A DNA stretch of 64,000 nucleotides from Turneriella sp. (GTDB lineage: Bacteria > Spirochaetota > Leptospiria > Turneriellales > Turneriellaceae): contig CBDIID010000003.1 of NCBI GenBank assembly GCA_965279515.1, positions 3,232,001 to 3,296,000 of the forward strand, written 5' to 3'. Shown here one piece after another: positions 10,048 through 19,328 of the stretch. The stretch's first letter is position 1. Each line of letters opens with the position of its first letter. The notes under the pieces were generated by a model. That model saw nothing but the letters and a program-made list of their open reading frames with translations, did no database searches and was not told the origin of the DNA. The position numbers were made by a program, and so were the translations under genes.

Positions 10048-10119
10048 TTAACCGTCCGGTTAAAATGGTGAACAAATGTTCAAAAATAAGTTGACGCATT
10101 GTTCGTCTTTCATTATCTT
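10048..10119 (+). promoter_or_regulatory. Sigma-70 promoter with two upstream palindromic operator candidates
   Basis: TTGACG(10091-10096)-N17-TATCTT(10114-10119). Palindromes TTAACCG-TC-CGGTTAA (10048-10063) and TGAACA-AA-TGTTCA (10069-10082). Confidence 0.6.
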
Positions 10120-10162
10120 TTAAAAAGACTAGAGTGCACCGCACTACTGGCCAGGAGGATAT

Positions 10163-11035
10163 ATGGGAACAAATAATGTCATTTCGATGAATATGCCGCA
10201 GGTACGGCGGCCGGATTTCGGTCTCGAGAACAATTTCACCAAGTATTACGCCGATGGTAATGTTTTCTTAACGCAGCTGCTGAATAGCCTGCACGTGGTG
10301 TTTCCCGAAGGCGAAAAGCTCTTCATCCGCGCAGTGAAAAACTATGCCGACGAGATCACCGACCCGCAGCTGAAGGCACGCGTCAAAGGCTTTATCGGCC
10401 AGGAAACCCAGCATATGGCGCAGCACGAACGCATCTGGGATACGCTCGAAAGCCAGGGTGTCAAAGCGCACGAGTATGATGCCTGGTATTCGAAGAATGC
10501 TTATGAAACTGTCGAGGGCACGATTGCGAAAATCTTTGGACCCGAGATGTATAAAAAACTGCAGCTTTCGGTAACCTGCGCCCTCGAGCACTACACGGCG
10601 ACGCTCGCCGAAGTCGCGATCGATCCTGAAATCAATGCGCTGCAGGGTTTTGATGAGAAAATGAAGGCCCTGCTCATGTGGCATGCGGCAGAAGAGATCG
10701 AGCACAAATCGGTCGCCTTCGATGTCATGCAGCAGGTCGACGGCAGCCAGCTTACCAAGAATATCGGTATGGTTGTGGGTACCTGGGCGCTGTTGTGGTA
10801 TGGCGCGGTGGGTACGGTCAAATTTCTTGCCGAAGATAAGGATGTCAAACTCACAGACATTCCCGGTTCGATTGCAGACAAAGCTCCGCACCTCGCGAAG
10901 ATCGTGGCTGCGATGGTGCCGAAAATTCTCCAATACTTCCGGCCGGATTTTCATCCCGACCAGATGAACAACGATCGGCTCGCTACAGACTACTTTGCGG
11001 CGAACCAGAAGTTCTTCGAGAAAAAAGCGGGTTAA
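10163..11035 (+). CDS. Predicted metal-dependent hydrolase (ferritin-like ExxH family)
   Basis: FPEGE, FIGQETQH, ALEHYTA, WHAAEEIEHKSVAFD and YFRPDFHP; AGGAGG RBS. Confidence 0.9.
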   Translation: MGTNNVISMNMPQVRRPDFGLENNFTKYYADGNVFLTQLLNSLHVVFPEGEKLFIRAVKNYADEITDPQLKARVKGFIGQETQHMAQHERIWDTLESQGVKAHEYDAWYSKNAYETVEGTIAKIFGPEMYKKLQLSVTCALEHYTATLAEVAIDPEINALQGFDEKMKALLMWHAAEEIEHKSVAFDVMQQVDGSQLTKNIGMVVGTWALLWYGAVGTVKFLAEDKDVKLTDIPGSIADKAPHLAKIVAAMVPKILQYFRPDFHPDQMNNDRLATDYFAANQKFFEKKAG

Positions 11036-11042
11036 ACCCTTT

Positions 11043-11085
11043 CCCCTCCGCCACCTCCCCCGTTTACGGGGGAGGCCCGGAGGGG
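11043..11085. repeat. GC-rich nested inverted repeat (REP-like element or terminator)
   Basis: Inner stem CCTCCCCCGT-tt-ACGGGGGAGG (11054-11075) inside outer arms CCCCTCCG / CGGAGGGG. Confidence 0.65.
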
Positions 11086-11094
11086 GACAATCTT

Positions 11095-11189
11095 GGCATC
11101 ACCCAGCGGCGTGATGATGGTGGTAAAAACACCCATGACGATCAGCGTCGAGAATAACCCCTGAGAAATGAAACCGCGTTTGTAGGCGA
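11095..11189 (-). pseudogene. Duplicated remnant of the 3' end of the cation:proton antiporter gene
   Basis: Matches 12212-12320 except for 2 substitutions and a 14-bp deletion between CAGCGGCG direct repeats. Confidence 0.9.
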
Positions 11190-11282
11190 CCAGGGCGACA
11201 ACAATTCCAAATTACGATGAACCAGATTCAGCCAGAGATGACTAATGCCGAGGCGGTCAGGATCATCAACCAGTTTCTCTGA

Positions 11283-11480
11283 CTATCCACTCTTGGCTCG
11301 TAGAGCCTCCCGAACCCGCAGGGCCTCAATTTTCAGTTTTGGGTGATCGCTTCCCTCTAAGATAACCACCGCCTCGTTGGCTGAAATAATACTGCTTCCC
11401 GTAGCCAAATACAAGATGTCATCCCCGGCGCCTGCATAGGCCCAAGAGATACAAAAAATACTGAATACGGTGTTCTTCAA
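11283..11480 (-). CDS. Short, possibly truncated secreted hypothetical protein
   Basis: TTG at 11480 overlaps the TGA of the upstream ORF and follows GGAG. It reads MKNTVFSIFCISWAYAG, which is signal-peptide-like. Confidence 0.35.
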   Translation of the reverse strand: MKNTVFSIFCISWAYAGAGDDILYLATGSSIISANEAVVILEGSDHPKLKIEALRVREALRAKSG

Positions 11481-12004
11481 TTTCTTATCTCCGCGTTTAT
11501 GGCGCGGCAAATTTCGAACTTGCTATTGCCGACTTTGCGCGGCATATCGGGACCGATATAAAAATTAAATCCGGCAGAACCGCCGGTTCCGGCATTTTCA
11601 ACGCGGAATTTTTCTCCGTTTACTGAGTAGATGAAATAATAATCGGCGTCAATCAATCGAACATAGCAAGACGTGCATTGGCCTGACTTGAAGAAAGTAA
11701 CGCGAACGCACGAATTTCCCAGTTTTAAGGGTTTGTTGTCCGAAGAATCAAGACCCGGCCATTCAAACCCAAAATCCCCGAAGTGTATGTATTGTTTCAG
11801 ATCGTTAAACACTTTCTCTGCGAGATTTTCATCTATCGCCATCCATCTTTTCTTAAATGCATTCTGATTGTTTGATTTGACATTCAAAAACGAGGCCCGG
11901 ATTTCGGTTTCGATTTTTGTCCTCTGATACGTCGCGCAGTGGCTAAGAACACAGAGAGCAAGCAGAGGCGTAACGCTCTTTTTGAACGTTAAAATGCTCA
12001 ACAT
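11477..12004 (-). CDS. Hypothetical lipoprotein
   Basis: LALCVLSHC lipobox-like N-terminus; lies in an AT-richer segment; no family recognised. Confidence 0.6.
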   Translation of the reverse strand: MLSILTFKKSVTPLLALCVLSHCATYQRTKIETEIRASFLNVKSNNQNAFKKRWMAIDENLAEKVFNDLKQYIHFGDFGFEWPGLDSSDNKPLKLGNSCVRVTFFKSGQCTSCYVRLIDADYYFIYSVNGEKFRVENAGTGGSAGFNFYIGPDMPRKVGNSKFEICRAINAEIRN

Positions 12005-12192
12005 AAATTACTCTTCACTGGAGCATACGGACCCCTAATCTCGCAGGCGTAAAGCCTGTTTTCGGATGTGTCAGAATGACAAGTTATGGGTGGTTAGGGC
12101 CATAAAGCACATTATTTCATCGTTGGCACTTGGGCGTTGCTCTGGTGTAGCGGCGCTGGCAAGTACGCCCTGTCGAAAACGAATAACTGGGA

Positions 12193-13392
12193 TTAGGTTT
12201 TTTGAAGGCGCGGCATCACCCAGCGGCGGAACATCAGCGGCGTGATGATGGTGGTAAAAACGCCCATGACGATCAGAGTCGAGAATAACCCCTGAGAAAT
12301 GAAACCGCGTTTGTAGGCGATCGAGGCAATCACCAGTTCCATGATGCCGCGCCCGTTCAGGATAATACCGATGCCGAGTGATTCTGCCGGGCCGAGGCCA
12401 ATGATTTTTGCGCCGAGCCAACCCGAGGCCATTTTAGAAACAACTGAAACAGCGAGTACGACCGCGACAAAGTCGATCGATTTGACCGAGCCGGCGTTAA
12501 ATTCGAGCCCCAGCGTCGCGAAGAATACCGGGCCTAAAAAGCCGTCGGTAATCGAGCGTAGCGTATGGTCGAGTTCATCGTAGCGCGAAGCGAGAAAAAA
12601 TTTACGGTCGATGAGGAGTGCACCGAAAAAAGCACCGATGACAAATTGAAATCCCAGGGCTTCGCTGACCGAGCCAAACGCCAGTACGAAGACGATGAGA
12701 ATGCCGAACAGTGCTTCGGTGCCGAGCACTTCGACCAGCTTCTCAGACCAGCGGTGAATATGCACGCCGCGCCCGATCAGTTTTTGCAGGGTCCAGTTGA
12801 AGCCGAGAATAAAGGCGAGCAGCGCCAACAGTTTCCAACCGGTATTCAGAATCGAAAAGCCGATCGAGTCGAGTGAAAGAGTTGCGGGCAGATTCAGGAT
12901 TACCCCCAAAATGAGCAGCGCGGTGATGTCGTTGAGGATTGCCGTGGCGACCGAGTAGCGAGCAATATCGGAATCGAGCAGGTTGAATGTCTGCAGAATG
13001 CGCACCGCAACCGGCAGCGCGGTGATCGAGACGCAGAGCCCCAGAAAAATGACACGCATCGGGTCGAGCTGGTACGCCAACCCGACGGCGATGCCGGCCG
13101 CCATCGGGATAAAAAAAGCCAGCAGGGCCAGAATCAGTCCCCGGCCCTTGAGCGCGTTCAGGATATCCTGGAACTGCATCTCGAGCCCGGCAGAGAGCAC
13201 CACGAGAAAGACGGCAAGATCGGAGATTCCCGACAGCGCGGGGCCGGTGTGGATAAAGTTGAAAACGCTGGGCCCCAGAAGCACCCCGGCAATCATTTCA
13301 CCGACGATGGCCGGCTGGCCGAATTTCTGGAAAAGCCGGCCGATGAGGCGTGCTGAGACGATGAGGATTAAGAGCTGGGTGAGAAGCGACAT
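12193..13392 (-). CDS. Cation:proton antiporter (CPA2/Kef-type)
   Basis: GQPAIVGEMIAGVLLGPS, SITALPVAVRIL, AILND, PVFFATLG and NGRGIMELV. Confidence 0.93.
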   Translation of the reverse strand: MSLLTQLLILIVSARLIGRLFQKFGQPAIVGEMIAGVLLGPSVFNFIHTGPALSGISDLAVFLVVLSAGLEMQFQDILNALKGRGLILALLAFFIPMAAGIAVGLAYQLDPMRVIFLGLCVSITALPVAVRILQTFNLLDSDIARYSVATAILNDITALLILGVILNLPATLSLDSIGFSILNTGWKLLALLAFILGFNWTLQKLIGRGVHIHRWSEKLVEVLGTEALFGILIVFVLAFGSVSEALGFQFVIGAFFGALLIDRKFFLASRYDELDHTLRSITDGFLGPVFFATLGLEFNAGSVKSIDFVAVVLAVSVVSKMASGWLGAKIIGLGPAESLGIGIILNGRGIMELVIASIAYKRGFISQGLFSTLIVMGVFTTIITPLMFRRWVMPRLQKT

Positions 13393-13534
13393 GCCTAGGG
13401 GGTCAAAATTACGCCGCGAAACGTTACGTACAGAAAAGGCCGGCTAAAAGACGCCCCCGATATCTGGATTATTTTCCTGCGAGCGGGAACTGCGTCGTCG
13501 GGTTTACGGTTTACTATGTATCAAGAGAGGTAAC

Positions 13535-14029
13535 ATGACAGAAAAGAAAAACAAGTTTCACATCGCGGGTGCTCTGCTTTTTGCGGGGATTTTAGCTGCG
13601 TGCGGTTCCGCCCCCGCCAAAGAAAATACGGCGCGGTCAGCAGGTGACGGCCTGGCGATCGACGCGGCGAACGCGCAATTGGCGAAAATTCCTATCGTCG
13701 GATTTCCGCCATTCGCAACGAAAATGCCCATCACACAATTTGATAAGTACGGCGAGGAAGCTGCCACGGTAGCGAAGACGGTGGTTGCTTCCATGCCGGC
13801 TGGCTATCAGCTGCAGGTCGTTGGTCACGCAAACCAGCATCCCGCGAAATCGACTGCGTACACAAAATCGCTTTCTCTGCAGCGGGCCAAATATGTTTAC
13901 GATTATTTCGGCCGGAAAGGAATCGACAAGAAGAAAATGACTTATACCGGCGTCGGGAACTCTGAACCGGACCCCAGTTTATCTCACAGTGACAACCGGC
14001 GTGTCACATTTAAATTAATTGCGAAGTAA
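13535..14029 (+). CDS. OmpA-domain lipoprotein (Loa22-like)
   Basis: Lipobox LAAC; YQLQVVGHA...SLSLQRA...GVGNSEP...NRRVTF. The overall layout resembles leptospiral Loa22 from memory. Confidence 0.82.
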   Translation: MTEKKNKFHIAGALLFAGILAACGSAPAKENTARSAGDGLAIDAANAQLAKIPIVGFPPFATKMPITQFDKYGEEAATVAKTVVASMPAGYQLQVVGHANQHPAKSTAYTKSLSLQRAKYVYDYFGRKGIDKKKMTYTGVGNSEPDPSLSHSDNRRVTFKLIAK

Positions 14030-14088
14030 GGGTGCGTGATGCTCGGGCCGGCTTCATCGCCAAATGACCCCGGATCACGTCTTAATAT

Positions 14089-16407
14089 TCAGGATATGCC
14101 ACCGCTCGCGTCGCCGTGACTGGCAATATCCCAAATTGCTGCGGATGCTGGCGACATTCGCAGGCGTTGGTGCAGCTCGCGAATCAGGTCGGGATCGCTG
14201 ATTAGCAGGTTCTGTTGGGCTTCACTGATTGCCAACGGTCCCTCGGTTAGGGCCCGCTCGACCAGCTCTCTGCGCCGACGCCGCAGGGCGACGGGCAATT
14301 GTCTGGGCCGACCAGCGGCGTATACTACCGCCTGTGTCGCGGGGTCGATGGCTGCGCGTCTGAAGCCGTTACCTGGCGCCGGCTGACGCCGTACAGCGGC
14401 GCGCGTCCAGCGCAGTTCGCGTGGCGGCTGGGTCTCCTCTGGGATCAGGCACAGCCGCATTTGCCGAAAGCGCCGGCCCAACCCTACACGGCTCGACCAA
14501 ACCGACAACGGAATAGAGACGATCAGGCTCCCAACGATGGGTAGCAGCCACCAGAGAAATCCCGGACTCAGCCAGTATGCACCGGCCGCCCAGACGATAC
14601 CGAGCAGGCTGTCACCGGCATGCCGTCGGATCGCTTCTGGCCAGGGTGTTTCGGCATCTTCGCGGGGCGGTGAGGTCCAGCGTACGGCATAGCCTAGCAA
14701 GGCCACGAGCACGTAGCGCGCGTGAAAGAGCATACGAATCGGTGCAAGCAACATTGAGAATAGTGACTCCAAAAGTAAGCTGCCTACCAACCTACCGGGT
14801 CCTCCATACAATTTCGCCAGGGCTGGTCGCAATAACAAGCGCAGTGTTGCCAGTATTTTGGGCAGGAATAGCAAACCAGCAGTTGCGCTGAACAGCGACA
14901 CCGCCCATTCAGGATGCCATTGCGGCCAGATAGGAAACAACTGGTAGGCCTCCGTGAAATATGCCGGCGGTACTAAAGTGTGTACCGCGAGCAGTGCGGT
15001 AGACAGCGCCAGAAACAGTAGCCACAGGGGTGCTGACAGATAAGCCATCACACCCGTCATGAAGACGGCGCGGTGAGCAGGATGCAGTCCTTGCGTCAGG
15101 AATAGGCGGAAATTCTGCAGATTGCCCTGGCACCAGCGCTGGTCGCGGCGTAACTCGTCGAGAAGCGTGGGCGGCATCTCCTCGTAGCTGCCTGGCAGAT
15201 CATGGGCCATCCATACAGCCCAGCCCGCGCGGCGCATCAAGGCGGCCTCCACGAAGTCATGCGACATGATCTCTCCAGCCAGTGCACCACGCCCAGGCAG
15301 GCGACCGAGGGCGCAGTGCTCCATGAACGGCGCCACGCGCAGGATCGCGTTGTGTCCCCAGTAATGCGACTCGCCCAATTGCCAGAAATGCAGGCCGGCG
15401 GTAAACAGCGGGCCATAGACGCGGGTGGCGAACTGCTGAATTCGCGCGTACAGGGTTTCGCGGCCGGAAGCTTGCGGGGCGGTCTGGATAATCCCGGCAG
15501 TTGGATTCGATTCCATCAGTTGCGCGAGCTTTAGCAGACAGCTGCCACTCATGACGCTGTCGGCGTCGAGAATGATCATGTAGCGATAGGCTGAACCCCA
15601 GCGACGGCACCAGTCGGCGATGTTACCGCTCTTGCGTTTGAGGCGTAGTTGGCGTCGCCGGTAGAATATTCGTCCGAAACCTTTGACCTCTTCGCACAAC
15701 CTGAGCCAGGCCTCGATCTCTGCCACCCGGATGTCGGGATCGGAACTGTCGCTTAAGACAAAAAAATCAAAATGCGCCGACGCACCGGTGCGCGCCAGCG
15801 AGGTGTATGTTGCACGCAGTCCCGCAAATACGCGCGCGACGTCTTCGTTGCAGATCGGCATGAGGATCGCGGTGCGTGTTTCATCACTGAGTGGTTCGAG
15901 GGTGCTGCGTGAAATCGCATGACGGTCCCGGCCTGTGAGCAGAATCAAAAATCCCGAAACAGCCGTCCAGAAACCGGAAGATATCCAGGCAAACAGGATT
16001 GCATAAATGACCAGCAGAATTTTTTCCAGCCAATGCGTGCCATGGTAAGGCAGCACCGCAGTCATGAACCAAGTCGCCAGCGTTGTCTGGCTGAGGATCA
16101 GCACCAACAGCGCCAGGCGTCTCCGCAGGCCCTGCGCATGCCAGGGGGGATGCTCTGCGGTTGGTACGAAACCGGGCTCGCGCGGTGCAAGGAGGTGCCG
16201 GCGGCCCAGCAGCAGTGTTTTGAGCCAAGTACCCATTCGGCGAAACAGATGTCGGTTGAGAGGTTGCGGGTGCATACGGCTGCGCGCCAGCGGTGGCGTC
16301 GTGACCAGTCGGGTTCGCCCAAAACGATCGACCTGGAAAGGAGCGTTGGGGTATATTAAAGCAAGTTGTGAAGTCGCTAAGGCGCGGGCCGACGGGTCTG
16401 TGCTCAC
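14089..16407 (-). CDS. mdoH: Glucans biosynthesis glucosyltransferase H
   Basis: MPICNED, YRRR...RKSGNIADWCRRWG, LDADS, YWGHNAI, SHDFVEAALMRRAGW and RDQRWCQGNLQ. GTG start. Confidence 0.96.
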   Translation of the reverse strand: MSTDPSARALATSQLALIYPNAPFQVDRFGRTRLVTTPPLARSRMHPQPLNRHLFRRMGTWLKTLLLGRRHLLAPREPGFVPTAEHPPWHAQGLRRRLALLVLILSQTTLATWFMTAVLPYHGTHWLEKILLVIYAILFAWISSGFWTAVSGFLILLTGRDRHAISRSTLEPLSDETRTAILMPICNEDVARVFAGLRATYTSLARTGASAHFDFFVLSDSSDPDIRVAEIEAWLRLCEEVKGFGRIFYRRRQLRLKRKSGNIADWCRRWGSAYRYMIILDADSVMSGSCLLKLAQLMESNPTAGIIQTAPQASGRETLYARIQQFATRVYGPLFTAGLHFWQLGESHYWGHNAILRVAPFMEHCALGRLPGRGALAGEIMSHDFVEAALMRRAGWAVWMAHDLPGSYEEMPPTLLDELRRDQRWCQGNLQNFRLFLTQGLHPAHRAVFMTGVMAYLSAPLWLLFLALSTALLAVHTLVPPAYFTEAYQLFPIWPQWHPEWAVSLFSATAGLLFLPKILATLRLLLRPALAKLYGGPGRLVGSLLLESLFSMLLAPIRMLFHARYVLVALLGYAVRWTSPPREDAETPWPEAIRRHAGDSLLGIVWAAGAYWLSPGFLWWLLPIVGSLIVSIPLSVWSSRVGLGRRFRQMRLCLIPEETQPPRELRWTRAAVRRQPAPGNGFRRAAIDPATQAVVYAAGRPRQLPVALRRRRRELVERALTEGPLAISEAQQNLLISDPDLIRELHQRLRMSPASAAIWDIASHGDASGGIS

Positions 16408-16417
16408 GGCATGCCCA

Positions 16418-17926
16418 TCAGGGGAGAACGTAGCTCCAGGTTTCAGACACGATTTTGTTTTTCGCGCGCAACGTTACGCGCATTTCGACCGGTTCTTCAT
16501 TCTTGCGCTTCAGCCGGAAGGATACCCGCCAGCCGCCGCTAACTTCGTTTTGGAACGACTGTTTTTCCAGAACTTCGGCGTTGTTGCCGGCCCAGATTGC
16601 TGCTTCGGGTGTTTCGTTACGGGCTAATGGCTTCAGCGCAGTTGGGTCGAAATCCACCACGAAGCGCAGACTGTCATCCGGCTCACGGCGATAACCATAA
16701 CCACGCCGGGTCTGCGCGGTCCAGGCCAGCGGCGGCAGGGTCAGGTTGTTCAGTTGCCAGAAGAGTTGATACTCCAGTTCCAGCGTTTTACCCGGCTCGG
16801 GCGGGTGCTCGGGCACCCAATAGGCCACGATGTTATCATTGGTCTCGTCCGGTGTTGGAATCTGCACCAGTTCGACGCGACCCTTGCCCCAGTTGCCTTT
16901 GGGGGTAACCCAGACGCTGGGCCGGCGTTCGTAGCGTGCCTCCAGGTCTTCATAATGATCGAAGTCGTGGTCACGCTGCATCAGGCCAAAACCCCTCGGG
17001 TTATTCAATCCAAAGGCCGTCACCAGAAGCCGCTGCGGGTTAACCAAGGGTCTCCACAGCCATTCGCCTTCTTGCGTATGGAGCAACAGGCCGTCGGAAT
17101 CATGTACCTCGGGGCGGTAGTCTTCAGTTTCTGAAGGTTGGTTCTCGCCGAATAAGAACATGCTGGTAAGGGGAGCGACACCCAGTTTTTCGATCTGGTT
17201 GCGCGGGAAGAGCTTCATCCGCACGTCCATCCGCGTATCGTCGCCTGGCCGCAGCATAAACCGGTAGGCGCCAGTCAAACGTTTCGATTCCAGCAAAGCG
17301 TAGATTTCGAGTTCGTGCGCGCCGGCTGGGGGCGATACGATCCAGAATTCGGTGAACGCCGGGAATTCCTCACCTGACATCAGCGCTGTGTCCACTGCCA
17401 GTCCCCGAGCGGACGATCCGTAGAGCTGTTTCTTGCCGAGCGCGCGGAAGTAACTTGCACCGAGGAACACGGCAAGCTCATCTTTATATTGCGGCCGGTT
17501 TACCGGGTAGTGCACGCGAAAACCGGCATAGCTCAGGTCTTTGAAAGTATCTTTGTCAAACTTGTTGGCACCGTAGTTGAAGTCCCCGGGCCGGAATTGC
17601 AGCTTCTTTACATTTTCATGTGTAACGATATTAATCTTCACCGGACGATTATGCCGGAAGCCGGGATGAAAAAATTGGATCTCGAACGGCGAGCCGCTGC
17701 CGCGCCAGAGCGCGCGCTCCGGAAGAAAGCGGATGTCGCGAAACTGGTCGTAAGACAACTCTCGCAATACCTTGGGCAGTTCGTTCTTGGGTTCGCGCCA
17801 GGGTTTTTCTGACAGCGCCTTCGCCTGCAAGACAACCTCGTTGAAACTAAAGGCCTGCGCGGCGTTTGGGAATATTAAGGTAAGGGCGATAGGGGCCGTG
17901 ATAAATAGCCTATGGAATATCTTCAT
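16418..17926 (-). CDS. mdoG: Glucans biosynthesis protein G (periplasmic)
   Basis: Signal peptide; FLGASYFRA, SARGLAVDT, EEFPAF, APLTSMF, RPEVHDSDGL, DETNDNIVAYW and SETWSY. Confidence 0.96.
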   Translation of the reverse strand: MKIFHRLFITAPIALTLIFPNAAQAFSFNEVVLQAKALSEKPWREPKNELPKVLRELSYDQFRDIRFLPERALWRGSGSPFEIQFFHPGFRHNRPVKINIVTHENVKKLQFRPGDFNYGANKFDKDTFKDLSYAGFRVHYPVNRPQYKDELAVFLGASYFRALGKKQLYGSSARGLAVDTALMSGEEFPAFTEFWIVSPPAGAHELEIYALLESKRLTGAYRFMLRPGDDTRMDVRMKLFPRNQIEKLGVAPLTSMFLFGENQPSETEDYRPEVHDSDGLLLHTQEGEWLWRPLVNPQRLLVTAFGLNNPRGFGLMQRDHDFDHYEDLEARYERRPSVWVTPKGNWGKGRVELVQIPTPDETNDNIVAYWVPEHPPEPGKTLELEYQLFWQLNNLTLPPLAWTAQTRRGYGYRREPDDSLRFVVDFDPTALKPLARNETPEAAIWAGNNAEVLEKQSFQNEVSGGWRVSFRLKRKNEEPVEMRVTLRAKNKIVSETWSYVLP

Positions 17927-18095
17927 TCTATTAACACCTCTTAGACCGTCGCTGCAGAGGGATGGTTCCCGCTAAGAGCTCAGTTCCGGGCCGGAAACGG
18001 CAATGCTTCAGCAAGAGTTCGAAACTTACCGGCGAGCGAAAAAAAACAATTTTGGGCCGATTTTCCTCAAAGGGGCGTTGCTCCGAAAAGATTTC

Positions 18096-18911
18096 TCATG
18101 GGGGTGGATGGGGCCGCTCCATGCGAGACGGGTATCTACCCACGAGGGGTTCGACCATCTGCCAAAACCAACCCTGCCGCACAGGCTCTGTCGTGCCGTA
18201 CTTTTGCGGACGCTCTGGCGGGCTAAAGTATGTGCCAAAGGCGAGATCCATCAGCGGTGAAAGATTGGCATAATTGCATAGGCCCCGCTTGTCGAGCTCG
18301 TGGTGCCAGTGGTGCAGGTGCGGTGAACCCAGCAGTACTTCGAGGAATCCCAATCGTATCGTCGTGTTCGAATGGATAAAGAGCGCCCACAGCCCGCGGA
18401 ACGTGACGAAACCCGCGATCAGGTTCAGGTCGAGGCCGAGCAGCACTGCTGGCAAGGTCTCGATGCCGCGCGTATAGATGTTGTCGAGCGGGTGCTCGCG
18501 GTATGCAGCGATGTAGTCGACGTGCTCTGCGGTATGGTGCACACGGTGAAAGCGCCAGAGAATTTTGAATTTATGCTGCGCGCGGTGGCCCCAGTAGATG
18601 AAAAAGTCGCTCATTAAAATTGCGCAGATAATTTTCAGCGGCACCGGCAGTGTTGTGAAAAATGCCGGTGCAAGCGACGCCGAATCGATGAAGCTGAAGA
18701 TCCCACCCAAAACAAAAAGCGTCAGCGAATTGAAGAGCAGTACCTGGCCGAGGTAGAAGGTCAGGTCATTCAGCCAGCCGCGCCTGAGCCACGTAATCCA
18801 AGTGCCGGGTTCGGGCCTGTCGGCCCTCCAGAAATACTCAAGGGGGATGAAGGCGAGACTGATCGCCGCCAGGAATAAAGTCGCCTGCGCAACAAGCTCA
18901 AAAAACCACAC
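18096..18911 (-). CDS. Sterol desaturase / fatty acid hydroxylase family protein
   Basis: His boxes YWGHRAQH, WRFHRVHH, REHPLD, FIHSN and HLHHWHH. Confidence 0.92.
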   Translation of the reverse strand: MWFFELVAQATLFLAAISLAFIPLEYFWRADRPEPGTWITWLRRGWLNDLTFYLGQVLLFNSLTLFVLGGIFSFIDSASLAPAFFTTLPVPLKIICAILMSDFFIYWGHRAQHKFKILWRFHRVHHTAEHVDYIAAYREHPLDNIYTRGIETLPAVLLGLDLNLIAGFVTFRGLWALFIHSNTTIRLGFLEVLLGSPHLHHWHHELDKRGLCNYANLSPLMDLAFGTYFSPPERPQKYGTTEPVRQGWFWQMVEPLVGRYPSRMERPHPPP

Positions 18912-18913
18912 CG

Positions 18914-19249
18914 TCAGGTCGGCGGTGGTGGCGGCTTTTTAGCCGGTGGTCCTGGAACCATGGATTTCGAACTCGGCATGATTTTCTTTTCCTTGTCGTT
19001 TTCGGTTGCCTCAGGTTTTTTTTCCGGTTCTTGTTTGGGTGACTGCTTTTCGTCTACCTTGCTCGTGGGTTTTTTCTTGATTGCCGTTGGACTTTCTTTG
19101 TCATCGGGCCAAGGCGTCGGCGTGCCCGATTTGCTCGACTCGAATACGGGTTTTACTTTTTGCCCTTTTTCGGCCTTATTTTGCGCGTAGATGACCGCCC
19201 CGACGAGGGCGCCTGCGGCGAGAAGCAGAGTCAGTATTTTTGCCAGCAT
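18914..19249 (-). CDS. Small membrane-anchored or secreted Pro/Lys-rich protein with two SSKS motifs
   Basis: ATG 19249 (MLAKILTLLLAAGALVGAVIYAQ). Low-complexity tail with FESSKSG and MPSSKSM. The stop lies 2 bp before the desaturase GTG. Confidence 0.7.
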   Translation of the reverse strand: MLAKILTLLLAAGALVGAVIYAQNKAEKGQKVKPVFESSKSGTPTPWPDDKESPTAIKKKPTSKVDEKQSPKQEPEKKPEATENDKEKKIMPSSKSMVPGPPAKKPPPPPT

Positions 19250-19328
19250 GGTGTCATATCCACCGGCTATGCCCGGCCGAAAAGTAAACTTTGAAACCGG
19301 GGTAGACAAACACCCCGGCTGCAATCGA

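Noticed and set aside
13393..13534. Possible riboswitch upstream of the Loa22-like gene
   Set aside because: I could not match the conserved core of any riboswitch class I know; an Rfam scan would be needed.
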